NCBI GenBank assembly: GCA_021325115.1
Contig: JAJPHU010000126.1
Location: 3,066 to 67,065, forward strand
DNA from: Planctomycetota bacterium
GTDB lineage: Bacteria > Planctomycetota > Planctomycetia > Gemmatales > Gemmataceae
Reading direction: 5' to 3'
Length of the DNA stretch: 64,000 bases
Below, piece after piece: positions 16,121 through 25,345 of the stretch. Each line of letters begins with the position of its first letter. Position 1 is the stretch's first letter. The notes below the pieces were generated by a model, which was not told the origin of the DNA, made no database searches, and worked only from the letters and a program-made list of their open reading frames with translations. The position numbers were made by a program, and so were the translations under genes.

Positions 16121-17791
16121 TTAACTCTCCACACGCGCATGCAGTTTCTTGCCGCGCAAACGTTCCTCAAACAGGCGCGTGAGGGCGGCGCTGAGGATGT
16201 GCGGATCGCCGCCACGGAACTGGAAGCGATTGCCCTGGACGGTCGTGAGGAAGGGATAGACGGCACGAAGCTCAGCGGGCGCCGGCTGTGGACCGGCCTG
16301 GCACAACTCGGACCAGGTCTGCATCAACTCCTGTGGAGCGGCGCCGTCGAGAAGGACAGCGAATCGGCCCTTGCTGCCCGGCGGCACCCTGGCCGGGCGC
16401 GGCTCGGTCGGCGGCGTTTCCGGGACTTGCTCATAGGCCATACCCGCATCAAAGCCAACTTCGCCGTGCTGGGTGCGGTCGAGACCTTCGTTCTCGGTCT
16501 GTGCTTCCAGACAGAAGCCCCAGGTAGCATCAATCGCCTTGACGATCACAAAGGTGACGGCGAAAGCGAAGACAACAGCGATGCTGGCGGCGGTGAATTG
16601 GATCTGGAGTTGGTTGAAACTGGCGTCCGCGCCGGCTTCATTGATCGCTTTGGTGCAGAAAACGCCGGTCAAAAGAGAGCCTAAGAAACCGCCAACGCCG
16701 TGGACGCCGAAAGCGTCCAGTGAATCATCATACTTGAAGAACGGTTTGAGGCAGACGACTGTATAACACACGACGCCAGCCAGCAGACCGATCACCAGGC
16801 CGCCGACCGGTTTGACGAACCCGGAAGCCGGTGTTACGGCCACCAGTCCGGCAACCATGCCCGAAGCCAGACCTAGCGCGGTTGGTTTGCCTTTGTGGAG
16901 CCATTCGGTAAGCATCCAGCTGAGGGCGGCGGCGGCGGCAGCGATCTGAGTGGCCGTCAGGGCTGAGCCGGCCAGCGGATTGGCCGCCAAGGCACTGCCA
17001 CCGTTGAAACCAAACCAGCCGAACCACAGCAAACTGGCTCCCGTCAACGTCAGTACCATGCTATTGGGATGCATAGCGTGTTCGGGGTAGCCGATCCGCT
17101 TGCGCAGCACGAGGATGGCAGCCAGACCCGATAGCCCTGCTGCAATGTGGACCACCGTGCCGCCCGCGAAATCGAGGGCACCCATCGCTCCTAGCCATCC
17201 GATTGGTTTGCCATCAGCTCCGACTGCCCAAACCCAGTGAGCCAGCGGAGCGTAAACCAGCGTTCCCCACAGGAGAATAAACAGGCAATACGGCCCGAAC
17301 TTGATGCGCTCCGCCAACGCGCCGCTGATAAGCGCTGGAGTGAGAATGGCAAACATCCCTTGGAACATGCAGTGGACCAAGACGGGGATGTGCGTGCCGG
17401 GAAAGAGGTCGCCGGAATTGACGCCTTGTAAGCCGACAAATTTGGGTTCCCAGCCAATCCAGCCCTCGTGCGTGGAACCGAAGGCCATTGAGTAACCGAA
17501 TAACACCCACTGAACGCCCAGGATCGCCAAAGCGACCATGCTGTGCATCATGGTGCCCAAGACGTTCTTGCGACGAACCATTCCGCCGTAGAACAAGGCC
17601 AAGCCAGGCGTCATGAGCCAGACTAGACTGGTGGAAATCAGCATCCAGGCAGTATCGCCCGAATCGATCTTGACCTCTGCATTGGATGAGGCTGCTGGGC
17701 TGGTGGGTTCCGGGTCCGCTTCAGCACGGACGAGCGGGCCAGTTAGGAATAGCGCTGAGGCAACCAATAGCGCAAGCAGGGAATGCTTCAC
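16121..17791 (-). CDS. amt: ammonium transporter (Amt family) with signal peptide and ~130-aa C-terminal extension
   Basis: Amt core: DTAWMLISTSLVWLMTPGLALFYGGMVRRKN...ALDFAGGTVVHIAAGLSGL...DDSLDAFGVHGVGGFLG. GTG 17791 follows GGAGGAG. An extra soluble tail of unknown family (GSKGRFAVLLDG...TVQGNRFQFRGGDP...) follows the last TM helix. Confidence 0.9.
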   Translation of the reverse strand: MKHSLLALLVASALFLTGPLVRAEADPEPTSPAASSNAEVKIDSGDTAWMLISTSLVWLMTPGLALFYGGMVRRKNVLGTMMHSMVALAILGVQWVLFGYSMAFGSTHEGWIGWEPKFVGLQGVNSGDLFPGTHIPVLVHCMFQGMFAILTPALISGALAERIKFGPYCLFILLWGTLVYAPLAHWVWAVGADGKPIGWLGAMGALDFAGGTVVHIAAGLSGLAAILVLRKRIGYPEHAMHPNSMVLTLTGASLLWFGWFGFNGGSALAANPLAGSALTATQIAAAAAALSWMLTEWLHKGKPTALGLASGMVAGLVAVTPASGFVKPVGGLVIGLLAGVVCYTVVCLKPFFKYDDSLDAFGVHGVGGFLGSLLTGVFCTKAINEAGADASFNQLQIQFTAASIAVVFAFAVTFVIVKAIDATWGFCLEAQTENEGLDRTQHGEVGFDAGMAYEQVPETPPTEPRPARVPPGSKGRFAVLLDGAAPQELMQTWSELCQAGPQPAPAELRAVYPFLTTVQGNRFQFRGGDPHILSAALTRLFEERLRGKKLHARVES

Positions 17792-18113
17792 GGAAAATCT
17801 CCTCCGACCTTCCAGTACGGCCCCCCAAGCGCAGCAACACCGGGGAGAGGGATTGTCAACGAATGGGCACCTTTCTGAGCAACTCATGTGCCGGATGAAA
17901 TCGACGCTCGCACAAGTGCTACAACTTCTTATTTGGTAAAGAGATAAGGGAAATTATGCTTGGCATCGCCATCAATACCCGCCCTCCGTTTGCTGCCCAT
18001 ACTGCCAGCATTTGGTGCATAGAAATTCAGCAGCATCGACTGCGAGAACTTGCTTGGGTTGATTTCCACGTTTTTGAGCGGGAGCTGACAGCTATTGGGG
18101 ATGAGCAAACATT

Positions 18114-18152
18114 TCCTCCTCCCACAAGAGGGAGGGGGGTGTCCGCTAGTCT
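18114..18152. repeat. CCTCCC-loop-GGGAGG hairpin repeat (partial MITE-like copy)
   Basis: TTCCTCCTCCCACAAGAGGGAGGGGGGTGTCCGCTAGTC. Compare 11246-11289 (CCCTCCCCCACAAAGGGGGGAGGGAAAAGTCCGCTAGCTC). Confidence 0.5.
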
Positions 18153-18381
18153 TTACCGGCCTTACCTTACGAAAAAAAGGCACAGGTACAAGGAATGTAT
18201 GCTGTTCGTATCAACTCCATACGCTGTTCCAACTCGCGTACTGCGTGAAGAAACAACAAAGTGAATAGAAGTGCTTCGGTGTATGCCGATCGGCCGCACC
18301 GTGGGCTTCCGTGAAGGCAATCCGATCGCCGCATTGCTGGAGAGGAAGATTTCTTAGTTCGCTTCGCCTATAACAATCTGC

Positions 18382-19500
18382 ATGGCAGAACATCCTGACG
18401 TATTGATTCTCGGCGGCGGCGTTATCGGTTTGACGACGGCCTGGTTTCTCTCAGAAGCCGGTGTCCATGTTGAGGTCGTGGATAAAGGCGATTTTGGCCA
18501 ACAAGCTTCGTGGGCCGGCGCCGGCATCCTTTCCCCCGCAAGTTTGGAACATGCCCATACCGCCCTGGATCAACTCCGCGCGCACAGCTGGGACTTGTTC
18601 TCATCGCTTTCGCAGAAGCTGCGCGAACAGACGGGGATCGATAACGGCTTTCTCATTTGCGGCGGACTGGAGCTATGCACCCATGCAGAGGAGGAGCCTT
18701 CTGACGAATGGCGCGGCGAGGGTATCGCCTTTGAGGAATTGAGCGGCGACGAGTTGCACCGCCGCTATCCCGATCTATCTCCGACCCTACCGCGTGCTTA
18801 TTATTTGCCGGAGATGGCGCAGCTGCGTAATCCGCGCCACCTCAAGGCGCTGCAAGCGGCGTGTGCGGCTCGCAGCGTTTCGATGCGTCCGAGTTGTGCC
18901 GTCCATCAACTGGTGCGCAAGGGTAACCGCATTGAATCTGTGGACACCGATCAGGGCCGGCTCACCGCGGGCCGTTACCTGCTCGCCGCAGGCGCCTGGA
19001 GCGAGACGCTCTTGGCACCGCTTGGCTGGCGACCGGGCATTCGGCCGGTGCGGGGCCAGATTACTCTCTTGAACACCGGCACGGTAGGGATTCGCCCGCT
19101 GCTCTTGTGCGGCAAGCGTTACCTGGTGCCGCGTGGCGATGGCCGTGTGCTGGTTGGCTCGACCGAGGAGGAGGCCGGTTTCGATCCGCGCACCACTGCT
19201 GCCGCTATCGCCGAGTTGCTTCACTTCGCTGCCGCGCTCATGCCCAGCCTGTCTGGGGCCGCCGTCGAACGCTGCTGGGCCGGCCTACGCCCTGGCAGCC
19301 CGGATGGCAAACCGTTTCTGGGCGCCGTCCCTGGTATCGATAATCTCTTCGTTGCCGCCGGTCACTTCCGCGCCGGCATCCAGTTGTCGCCCGGGACTGC
19401 CCTGGTGATGAAGCAACTACTCTTGGGCGAAAAACTGGCAATACCGTTGGAGGATTTCCGCCTCGACCGTCCCTTCGGTCCTCCAGCCCACGGGAAGTAA
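18382..19500 (+). CDS. thiO: FAD-dependent oxidoreductase, glycine oxidase ThiO-like
   Basis: DVLILGGGVIGLTTAWFLSEAG dinucleotide-binding motif, DAO-family body, and CWAGLRPGSPDGKPFLG near the C-terminus. Confidence 0.7.
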   Translation: MAEHPDVLILGGGVIGLTTAWFLSEAGVHVEVVDKGDFGQQASWAGAGILSPASLEHAHTALDQLRAHSWDLFSSLSQKLREQTGIDNGFLICGGLELCTHAEEEPSDEWRGEGIAFEELSGDELHRRYPDLSPTLPRAYYLPEMAQLRNPRHLKALQAACAARSVSMRPSCAVHQLVRKGNRIESVDTDQGRLTAGRYLLAAGAWSETLLAPLGWRPGIRPVRGQITLLNTGTVGIRPLLLCGKRYLVPRGDGRVLVGSTEEEAGFDPRTTAAAIAELLHFAAALMPSLSGAAVERCWAGLRPGSPDGKPFLGAVPGIDNLFVAAGHFRAGIQLSPGTALVMKQLLLGEKLAIPLEDFRLDRPFGPPAHGK

Positions 19501-19567
19501 ATAAGGCACTCCAGGGCATGCAGTTCATCAGAACAACAAATAGATACGTGTTTTTGTGTTTCTATTT

Positions 19568-19610
19568 AGGGCAAACGGCAAGCCCTGCAGGGCAAGCTGC
19601 CAACTTGCCC
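19568..19610. terminator. two adjacent short GC hairpins between convergent genes
   Basis: AGGGC-aaacggcaa-GCCCT followed by GGGCAAG-ctgccaa-CTTGCCC, between the thiO stop (19500) and the stop of the minus-strand gene (19631). It contains the GCCCTGCAGGGC palindrome also seen near 13220-13281. Confidence 0.4.
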
Positions 19611-19630
19611 TACGGTTGTGTCCGCCAGTC

Positions 19631-19888
19631 CTAAGAAACCTCGGCAGTTTGCAGGTATTCGAGGATCTGTTCCAGCGTCATTCCCTGGATGCCGGGAAAG
19701 AGGTTCATCTGCACAGCCAAGGCGGCAAGGATCTGTTCCTCGGTGACCAGGCCCATGGCACGGGCTGCCTGACCAAATTTCTGCCGTCGTCCACTCTTTC
19801 GCAGCGTCTCCAGGACGCGATCGCGGTCGATGCGGTTGAGGGCCTTCAAACGAAGTAAAATTTCGCCGAGTTTCTGTTCTGCGCTCAT
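19631..19888 (-). CDS. small stand-alone T2SSE_N/MshEN-like domain protein
   Basis: 85 aa: KLGEILLRLKALNRIDRDRVLETL ... KFGQAARAMGLVTEEQILAALAVQ. It resembles the tandem RLGxxLLxxGLIxxxxLxxALxxQ motifs of GspE/MshE N-terminal domains. Co-oriented with, and 72 nt downstream of, the TPR gene. Confidence 0.6.
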   Translation of the reverse strand: MSAEQKLGEILLRLKALNRIDRDRVLETLRKSGRRQKFGQAARAMGLVTEEQILAALAVQMNLFPGIQGMTLEQILEYLQTAEVS

Positions 19889-19960
19889 CGGTTGTGCCCT
19901 CCAGCGACGACAGAGGGGTGCCGTCGTGATTCAGCACAACTATAGCTCACGGTTAGCCTG

Positions 19961-20887
19961 TTAGAGGTTGGCAAATTGCGCGTTGAGGTTCTGAAGGCGC
20001 AGGATGCCCGCCTCCAGATTCTTCTGGGCGGCCAGCATGTGATCCAGGGCTTCCGCAAAGCGATTGACGCAGGCATTCAGCTCACTGGTGGGGGCATCGG
20101 GATAGAGCAGGCAGCTGGACAGTTCCTTGATGGCCACGTCCATTTCTTCGAGGAGCACTTTTTGGAAGTTCCGGCCCAAAGCTTCGGCAGCTTCGGATCC
20201 CGTGTATAGGGCAGTCAGCAGGGTGGAATGGAGGTTGGGATCGATCACCTTATCTTCGGCGACGGCCGATCGTCCGCCGCCGGCCGGAACAGACGCTGGC
20301 GCCGCAGGACGATCGCCGGACAAGAGCATCTCCGCATGCGCCCGCCCTTCCAGCGCCTTTTCCCAGTGAGGCCGCAGCTTCAACGCCTCCTCGTAGTTCT
20401 GGATGGCTTGGCGATATTGCTGCTTCTCGACGTAAATGTTGGCCAGGTTCAAATGGGCATCGGCCATGCGCGGATTGAGACGGATGGCTTCGCGATAGGC
20501 TTGGATGGCCATATCCAACTGGCCTTTGCGACGATAGACCAAGCCAAGATTGTAATAACCTTCGACGCGCTGCGGATCGAGTTGAATGCCGCGGCGCAGA
20601 GCGGCAATCGCCTCGTCGTATTCCTGCAAGAGATTGAGGACGGCCCCCAGGTTGATGTAGGCACCCGCGCGGAGCGGATCGAGACGGGTCACTTCACGGA
20701 AGTGATGGGCGGCGCTGGTCAGCTCGCGGAGTTGGAAATAGACTGTGGCCAGGCCCATGTGAATATCCGGAGCGTCGGAGCGCAGCCCCAGCGCCATGAG
20801 ATAGGCTTGTTTGGCCCTTTCCCAATCCCGGTTTTCGATGGCTTGTTTGGCTTTGAGACAAAGCCGTTCGATTTTCCCCGGTTCCAT
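19961..20887 (-). CDS. tetratricopeptide (TPR) repeat protein
   Basis: Repeated 34-aa TPR units (AYLMALGL.., HMGLATVYFQLRE.., AYINLGAVLNLLQEYDEAIAALRRGIQLDP, GYYNLGLVYRRKGQLDMAIQAYREAIRLNP, AHLNLANIYVEKQQYRQAIQNYEEALKLRP). Confidence 0.8.
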   Translation of the reverse strand: MEPGKIERLCLKAKQAIENRDWERAKQAYLMALGLRSDAPDIHMGLATVYFQLRELTSAAHHFREVTRLDPLRAGAYINLGAVLNLLQEYDEAIAALRRGIQLDPQRVEGYYNLGLVYRRKGQLDMAIQAYREAIRLNPRMADAHLNLANIYVEKQQYRQAIQNYEEALKLRPHWEKALEGRAHAEMLLSGDRPAAPASVPAGGGRSAVAEDKVIDPNLHSTLLTALYTGSEAAEALGRNFQKVLLEEMDVAIKELSSCLLYPDAPTSELNACVNRFAEALDHMLAAQKNLEAGILRLQNLNAQFANL

Positions 20888-21005
20888 GATCTGCCCTCCG
20901 CGTCGAGGCGCCCCGAGGTGCTGGGCGCGTGAACACAGCGAGTCATTCCCCGATTATAAACCGATACGAATACCCCCTACAACGGCAGTTATCCGGTCGT
21001 TCGCC

Positions 21006-22280
21006 TCAGACCTTATCCGGCACCACGAACGGCGCGCGATAGGTGCGACCTAGCAAGCCATTGGCCGCGGCGTCGTCGTGCAGCGTCTCCGTGGCGGCGT
21101 CGAAACTCAGACGACGGCCAACACGATAAGCAATGTTGCCCAGATGACAAAGACGAGTGCTTTTGTGGCCTTCTTCGATGTCGGCGTTGGGCCGTTTGTG
21201 CTCGCGGAGGCAATCGAGAAAATTGCGCAGATGCGGCTTCTCGATCGGGGCTGCTTTATCCGATGCCATCACGCCGTCTTCGACGTGCCAGCCTTTTTTG
21301 TCGAAAATCAGCGTGCCTTTCTCGCCGTAAAGGATGATGCCAAACGGCTCGCCGGCCACGCCGGTTTTCGACCAGATGCGGTGCTCCCAGAGGACCGTTG
21401 TACCGGGAAAATCGAAAAAGGTCACCTGAGTGTCGGGCACTTGTCGATCGTCGTCGTAGAACAGTTTGCCGCCGCCCGTGGCGATGGTTTGGGGCGCGTC
21501 CAGTCCAAGCACCATGCGGACCACATCCAGGGCATGGATGCCGTTATTGCCGATTTCTCCTGTCCCATAATCCCAGTTCCAGTGCCAGTTGTAGTGGAAG
21601 CGATTGGGATTGAACGGCCGCTGGGGCGCCGGCCCCAGCCACAGGTCGTAATCGACACCGGCAGGCACCGGGCAGTCGGCCTTGTGGCCGATCGCCGGTC
21701 GATTGCCGGCAATCCAGGTACGGACAAACGGCACCTTGCCGAGCTGGCCACTGCGGATGAATTCGGCAGCACTGTGGAAATGCGCCCCGCTACGCCGCTG
21801 CGTGCCGACTTGCACAATGCGATCGTACTTGCGCGCTGCCTCGACCATGCGCCGCCCTTCGATCAGATTGTGCGCAATGGGCTTTTCGACATAAACGTGT
21901 TTGCCGGCCTGGCACGCCCAGATGGTGGCCAAGGCGTGCCAGTGGTCCGGCGTGGCAATGACGACAGCATGAATGTCCCGATCATCGAAAACATGGCGGA
22001 GATCCTTCACGCACTTCGGTTCTCGCTTTTGTCGCTGATTTACAGATTGGAGCGCCTTGGCAAAAGTGTTCTCATCTGGGTCGCAAATGGCCGCGATTTC
22101 CACGTCAGCAAAGGACGAAAAACCCTGTATCAAGGCGCGGCCGCGTCCATAGACGCCGAGAACAGCGAGGCGAATTTTCTCATTGGGCTTGTCGGCCGCG
22201 CCGGCGATGCTAAGGGTCGACAACGCGGCCACGGACGCGGCAGAGGTTTGCAGGAAGCGACGGCGATTTAGTGCGGACAT
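21006..22280 (-). CDS. Gfo/Idh/MocA family oxidoreductase with Tat signal
   Basis: N-terminal twin-arginine signal MSALNRRRFLQTSAASVAAL, Rossmann segment IRLAVLGVYGRG, and EKP motif (VYVEKPIAHN). Confidence 0.9.
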   Translation of the reverse strand: MSALNRRRFLQTSAASVAALSTLSIAGAADKPNEKIRLAVLGVYGRGRALIQGFSSFADVEIAAICDPDENTFAKALQSVNQRQKREPKCVKDLRHVFDDRDIHAVVIATPDHWHALATIWACQAGKHVYVEKPIAHNLIEGRRMVEAARKYDRIVQVGTQRRSGAHFHSAAEFIRSGQLGKVPFVRTWIAGNRPAIGHKADCPVPAGVDYDLWLGPAPQRPFNPNRFHYNWHWNWDYGTGEIGNNGIHALDVVRMVLGLDAPQTIATGGGKLFYDDDRQVPDTQVTFFDFPGTTVLWEHRIWSKTGVAGEPFGIILYGEKGTLIFDKKGWHVEDGVMASDKAAPIEKPHLRNFLDCLREHKRPNADIEEGHKSTRLCHLGNIAYRVGRRLSFDAATETLHDDAAANGLLGRTYRAPFVVPDKV

Positions 22281-22373
22281 AGTTGATCTCCGGTTGCGAG
22301 GGAGGCGAGCTACTTCCCGCGAGTTTACCGCAGCGAAGGACGATGAGCAATGGCTTCAAGGAAGCACTCCTGA

Positions 22374-22646
22374 AACTTCTTTCAAGAAGGATCGATACTC
22401 TCTCGGCCCAAAGCGCTTTTTACGCTCCTGGATGATACTCCCGTTATCTTTCCACAGTGGGAGGAGCTGGTGATCCAGTATCAAGTCCAGGGAAAGGACG
22501 CCCACGACGCCCGTCTGGTAGCGGCTATGATGGTTCACGGACTCAGCCGGATTCTCACCTTCCATGTCGGCCACTTTCAGCGCTACCAAACCCTCCTTGT
22601 TCTGGGAGCGCAACAGGTACTCGCGGCTTCGTCTCGTAACCCTTGA
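22374..22646 (+). pseudogene. PIN-domain (VapC-like) toxin remnant, C-terminal half only
   Basis: This frame reads ...KALFTLLDDTPVIFPQWEELVIQYQVQGKDAHDARLVAAMMVHGLSRILTFHVGHFQRYQTLLVLGAQQVL*, which matches the C-terminal half of a PIN family (..GK.AHDARLVAAM..HG...LLTFN..DF.RY). An in-frame TGA at 22371 and the lack of any N-terminal D-containing segment indicate truncation. Confidence 0.5.
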
Positions 22647-22681
22647 CGGGTTTCCAAAGGAGGCCATGCCAGGATTGGCAG

Positions 22682-23842
22682 TTATGCCAGTGCCTGCCGC
22701 AGATCCTCCTGCAAATCCTCGGCGTCCTCGATACCGACGCTGAGGCGGATCAGCCCATCATCGATACCGCGAGCGATACGAAGGTCGGCGGGGATGCTGG
22801 CATGTGTCATCGTCGCTGGATGACAGACCAGCGATTCGACACCGCCGAGGCTCTCGGCGAGGCTGAACAATTTGGTACGCGGCAGGAAGCGCTTCGCGGC
22901 TGCCCCGCCGCCTCGGAGACGAATGCTGACCATGCCGCCGAAATCGCGCATCTGCCGCTTGGCGATCTCGTGTCCCGGATGCGATGGCAAGCCCGGATAA
23001 TAGACGCGTTCGACTTGCGGTTGTTCGCTCAGCCATGCGGCCAAACGGCGGGCGTTGGCGCTATGGCGCTCCATGCGGATCGCCAACGTTTTCAGGCCGC
23101 GTAGCGTCAGGTAGGCATCGAATGGTCCCGGCACGCCGCCGGCCGCATTCTGATAGAAGGCGATCGGTTGCAGTAGATCCTTGCGTCCGATCACCGCGCC
23201 ACCGACCACATCTGAATGTCCGCCGAGATATTTCGTGGTACTGTGAATGACGAGATCGGCGCCCAGGGCGAGCGGTTGTTGCAGGTATGGTGAGGCGAAG
23301 GTATTATCGACGGCTAGCAACGCACCGGCCTTGTGCGCCACGTCGGCGATAGCAGATATATCAAGGATTTGTAAGAGGGGATTTGTCGGCGTTTCAATCC
23401 ATACGAGTTTTGTAGCTTTCGTAAGGAGCCTGGTGAAACCGGCAGGGCTAGGATCATCGGTATAGCGCGTCACCAGTCCCCAGGGTTTGAAGACCCGCTC
23501 GAGCAGCCGATAGGTGCCGCCGTACAGGTCGGCGGCAGCGACGACTTCCTCGCCGGGTTTCAGCATCGAGAGCACAGCCGTAGTCGCCGCCAAGCCGGAG
23601 GCAAAAGCCAGGCCGCGCTCGCCGCCTTCCAGCGACGCCAGGCACGTTTCCAGGGCCGTGCGCGTCGGATTGGCGGTGCGTGAATACTCGTAGCCCTTGT
23701 GCTGACCGGGAGCCGCCTGCGTGTAGGTGGAGGTGGCGTAGATGGGTACGACCGTGGCGCCCGTGGCTGGATCAGGATCCTGGCCCGCGTGAATGGCGCG
23801 CGTGGCGAAACCGTGATGAGCTATTTCCCGGGACATTGCCAT
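22682..23842 (-). CDS. cystathionine gamma-synthase/gamma-lyase family PLP enzyme
   Basis: FATRAIHAGQ...YSRTANPTR...VWIETPTNPLL...AVDNTFASPYLQQPL.LGADLVIHSTTKYLGGHSDV (PLP lysine). ATG 23842 lies 7 nt after AAGGAGG. Confidence 0.9.
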   Translation of the reverse strand: MAMSREIAHHGFATRAIHAGQDPDPATGATVVPIYATSTYTQAAPGQHKGYEYSRTANPTRTALETCLASLEGGERGLAFASGLAATTAVLSMLKPGEEVVAAADLYGGTYRLLERVFKPWGLVTRYTDDPSPAGFTRLLTKATKLVWIETPTNPLLQILDISAIADVAHKAGALLAVDNTFASPYLQQPLALGADLVIHSTTKYLGGHSDVVGGAVIGRKDLLQPIAFYQNAAGGVPGPFDAYLTLRGLKTLAIRMERHSANARRLAAWLSEQPQVERVYYPGLPSHPGHEIAKRQMRDFGGMVSIRLRGGGAAAKRFLPRTKLFSLAESLGGVESLVCHPATMTHASIPADLRIARGIDDGLIRLSVGIEDAEDLQEDLRQALA

Positions 23843-24154
23843 GACTGGCCCTCCTTCCTCTTTATTCCCAGGTCCGGCTGGTTTTGGCACAGCGCCGCGA
23901 TGGCTTGGTGTATCTGCTGAGTCGCCTACCAGTCAGGATCCTTCCTCAGATTCATGGTTGAGATGAAGACGATCCATGGATCACACATTCACGAGGTCAA
24001 TGCCAAAGATTCTAAGGAGGAACAGGGGCAAGAACAAGGAAAAACGAAACGCACCCAGCTTTGGACGAACGACCAGGCGTCTGCCGGTCGGTGAGGTTGT
24101 ACCAGTCGGCGTACACCGGCCGTTCACCTATGCGCGTCACGCTGACCTCCACTT

Positions 24155-25345
24155 TCAAGTGGCCCGTTGTGACGTAGGCTTCCTCATAGTGCCGCAACGG
24201 AGTTGCTGACGATAGGTACTCGGCGTCAGCCCTATCATCTGGCGGAAGACGGCGGAGAATCGTTTGGCGTCCGTAAATCCGGAGCGTTCCGCGATACTGT
24301 GAATGGGCAGGTCTGTCTGAGCCAGTAGTTGGCGGGCACGTTCCACATGCACCCGGCGTATCTCGTCTAGAATGCTCCTTCCCAACACCTTACGGAACCG
24401 CCGTTCGAGATAGCGACGCGATGTAGGAATCTTTCGGAGCAGATCCGTTACTCGAATGGGCTGATGGGCTTGCTGCCGGATAAAACGGAGAGCGGCGACC
24501 ACATCCACCTCCCCTATGGCCAGGATGTCCGTCGATCGGCGGGCGATTACTCCTAGCGGCGGAAAGAGCGATATCCGCGCGTCGGCTTGCGCCCCCCTTA
24601 AGAGACGATCTACTTCTCGCGCGGCTTCGTAACCGATCCGCTGTGTCGGCAAGGCGATGCTGGAGAGCGAGGGGCGTGCAAATTCACACAACAAATCATC
24701 GTCATCCACGCCAAGAATAGCGACATCCTCTGGCACCCTCAGGTCGGCCCGAAGGCAGACCTCGGTGAGCTGCACTCCCCAGATATCGTTGGTAGCGAAG
24801 ATGCCGACGGGACGAGGGAGGGCGCGGACCCAACGTTCGACGGCTCGGTCCTGCGCCCACAATCGCCCCATCGGGTCGAAGGGGCGCCGCCCCGGCTCGT
24901 GGTAGCTTGTCACGCTGGCTCCCGAGGACGCGATCCTTTCGCGGAATCCCGCCTCCCGCCGAAGTGAGTAGACGTGGTTGCGGTGACCGACGAAGCCGAA
25001 GTGCCGAAAACCACGTTCCAGAAGATGTTCGGCTGCTAGGACTCCGCAGCGATAATCGTCCACGCCAATGCGCGGAAAAGCGGATTTCGGCAACACCCCG
25101 CAGACGTTCACGACAGGCACCCTCAGTCGTTTCAGGGATTCGGCCAACTCCTCCGAGAAAAGGTGAGCGATCACCGCAGCAGGACGAAGCGACCGTAGCG
25201 TGCGGATGGCTTGCGGCTCCGGAGATACGGGCAGGAAGGTCCAGTGAGGAACCGTTTCAGCGTAGTGTTTGATGCCGCGGAGGACGCCTCGGCAGTACGC
25301 CAAAGTATGACTGAAAACCAAACCGATGCGGGTCGAAGCTTGCAT
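24155..25345 (-). CDS. XylR-type regulator (periplasmic-binding-protein-like sensor plus AraC HTH)
   Basis: N-terminal LacI/PBP-like fold (RIGLVFSHTLAYCRGVLRGI...VGIFATNDIWG...ILGVDDD) and a C-terminal AraC-type HTH (IHSIAERSGFTDAKRFSAVFRQMIGLTPSTYR). Divergent from the two secreted-protein genes. Confidence 0.85.
   Translation of the reverse strand: MQASTRIGLVFSHTLAYCRGVLRGIKHYAETVPHWTFLPVSPEPQAIRTLRSLRPAAVIAHLFSEELAESLKRLRVPVVNVCGVLPKSAFPRIGVDDYRCGVLAAEHLLERGFRHFGFVGHRNHVYSLRREAGFRERIASSGASVTSYHEPGRRPFDPMGRLWAQDRAVERWVRALPRPVGIFATNDIWGVQLTEVCLRADLRVPEDVAILGVDDDDLLCEFARPSLSSIALPTQRIGYEAAREVDRLLRGAQADARISLFPPLGVIARRSTDILAIGEVDVVAALRFIRQQAHQPIRVTDLLRKIPTSRRYLERRFRKVLGRSILDEIRRVHVERARQLLAQTDLPIHSIAERSGFTDAKRFSAVFRQMIGLTPSTYRQQLRCGTMRKPTSQRAT

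Noticed and set aside
17850-17880. Sigma-54-like motif TGGGCACCTTTCTGAGCA upstream of amt.
   Set aside because: It is on the plus strand, the wrong orientation for amt. The GG-to-GC spacing is 13-14 nt instead of the 12 nt implied by TGGCAC-N5-TTGCA. It lies ~500 nt from thiO.
18180-18381. Possible TPP riboswitch upstream of thiO. I also checked 2344-2606 upstream of thiE.
   Set aside because: No THI-box elements (CTGAGA ... ACCTGATCTGGATAATGCCAGCG-type core) are visible in either leader.
22356-22667. 103-aa minus-strand ORF between the oxidoreductase and the trans-sulfuration gene.
   Set aside because: The opposite strand carries a recognisable PIN-domain C-terminal half. The minus-strand product has no motif I recognise and no convincing RBS.
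23976-24209. Small ORFs on both strands in the metB-xylR spacer (23976..24209 plus strand; 24012..24197 minus strand).
   Set aside because: They overlap each other and the 3' end of the xylR-type gene. They have no RBS or recognisable family, so they cannot be supported from sequence alone.
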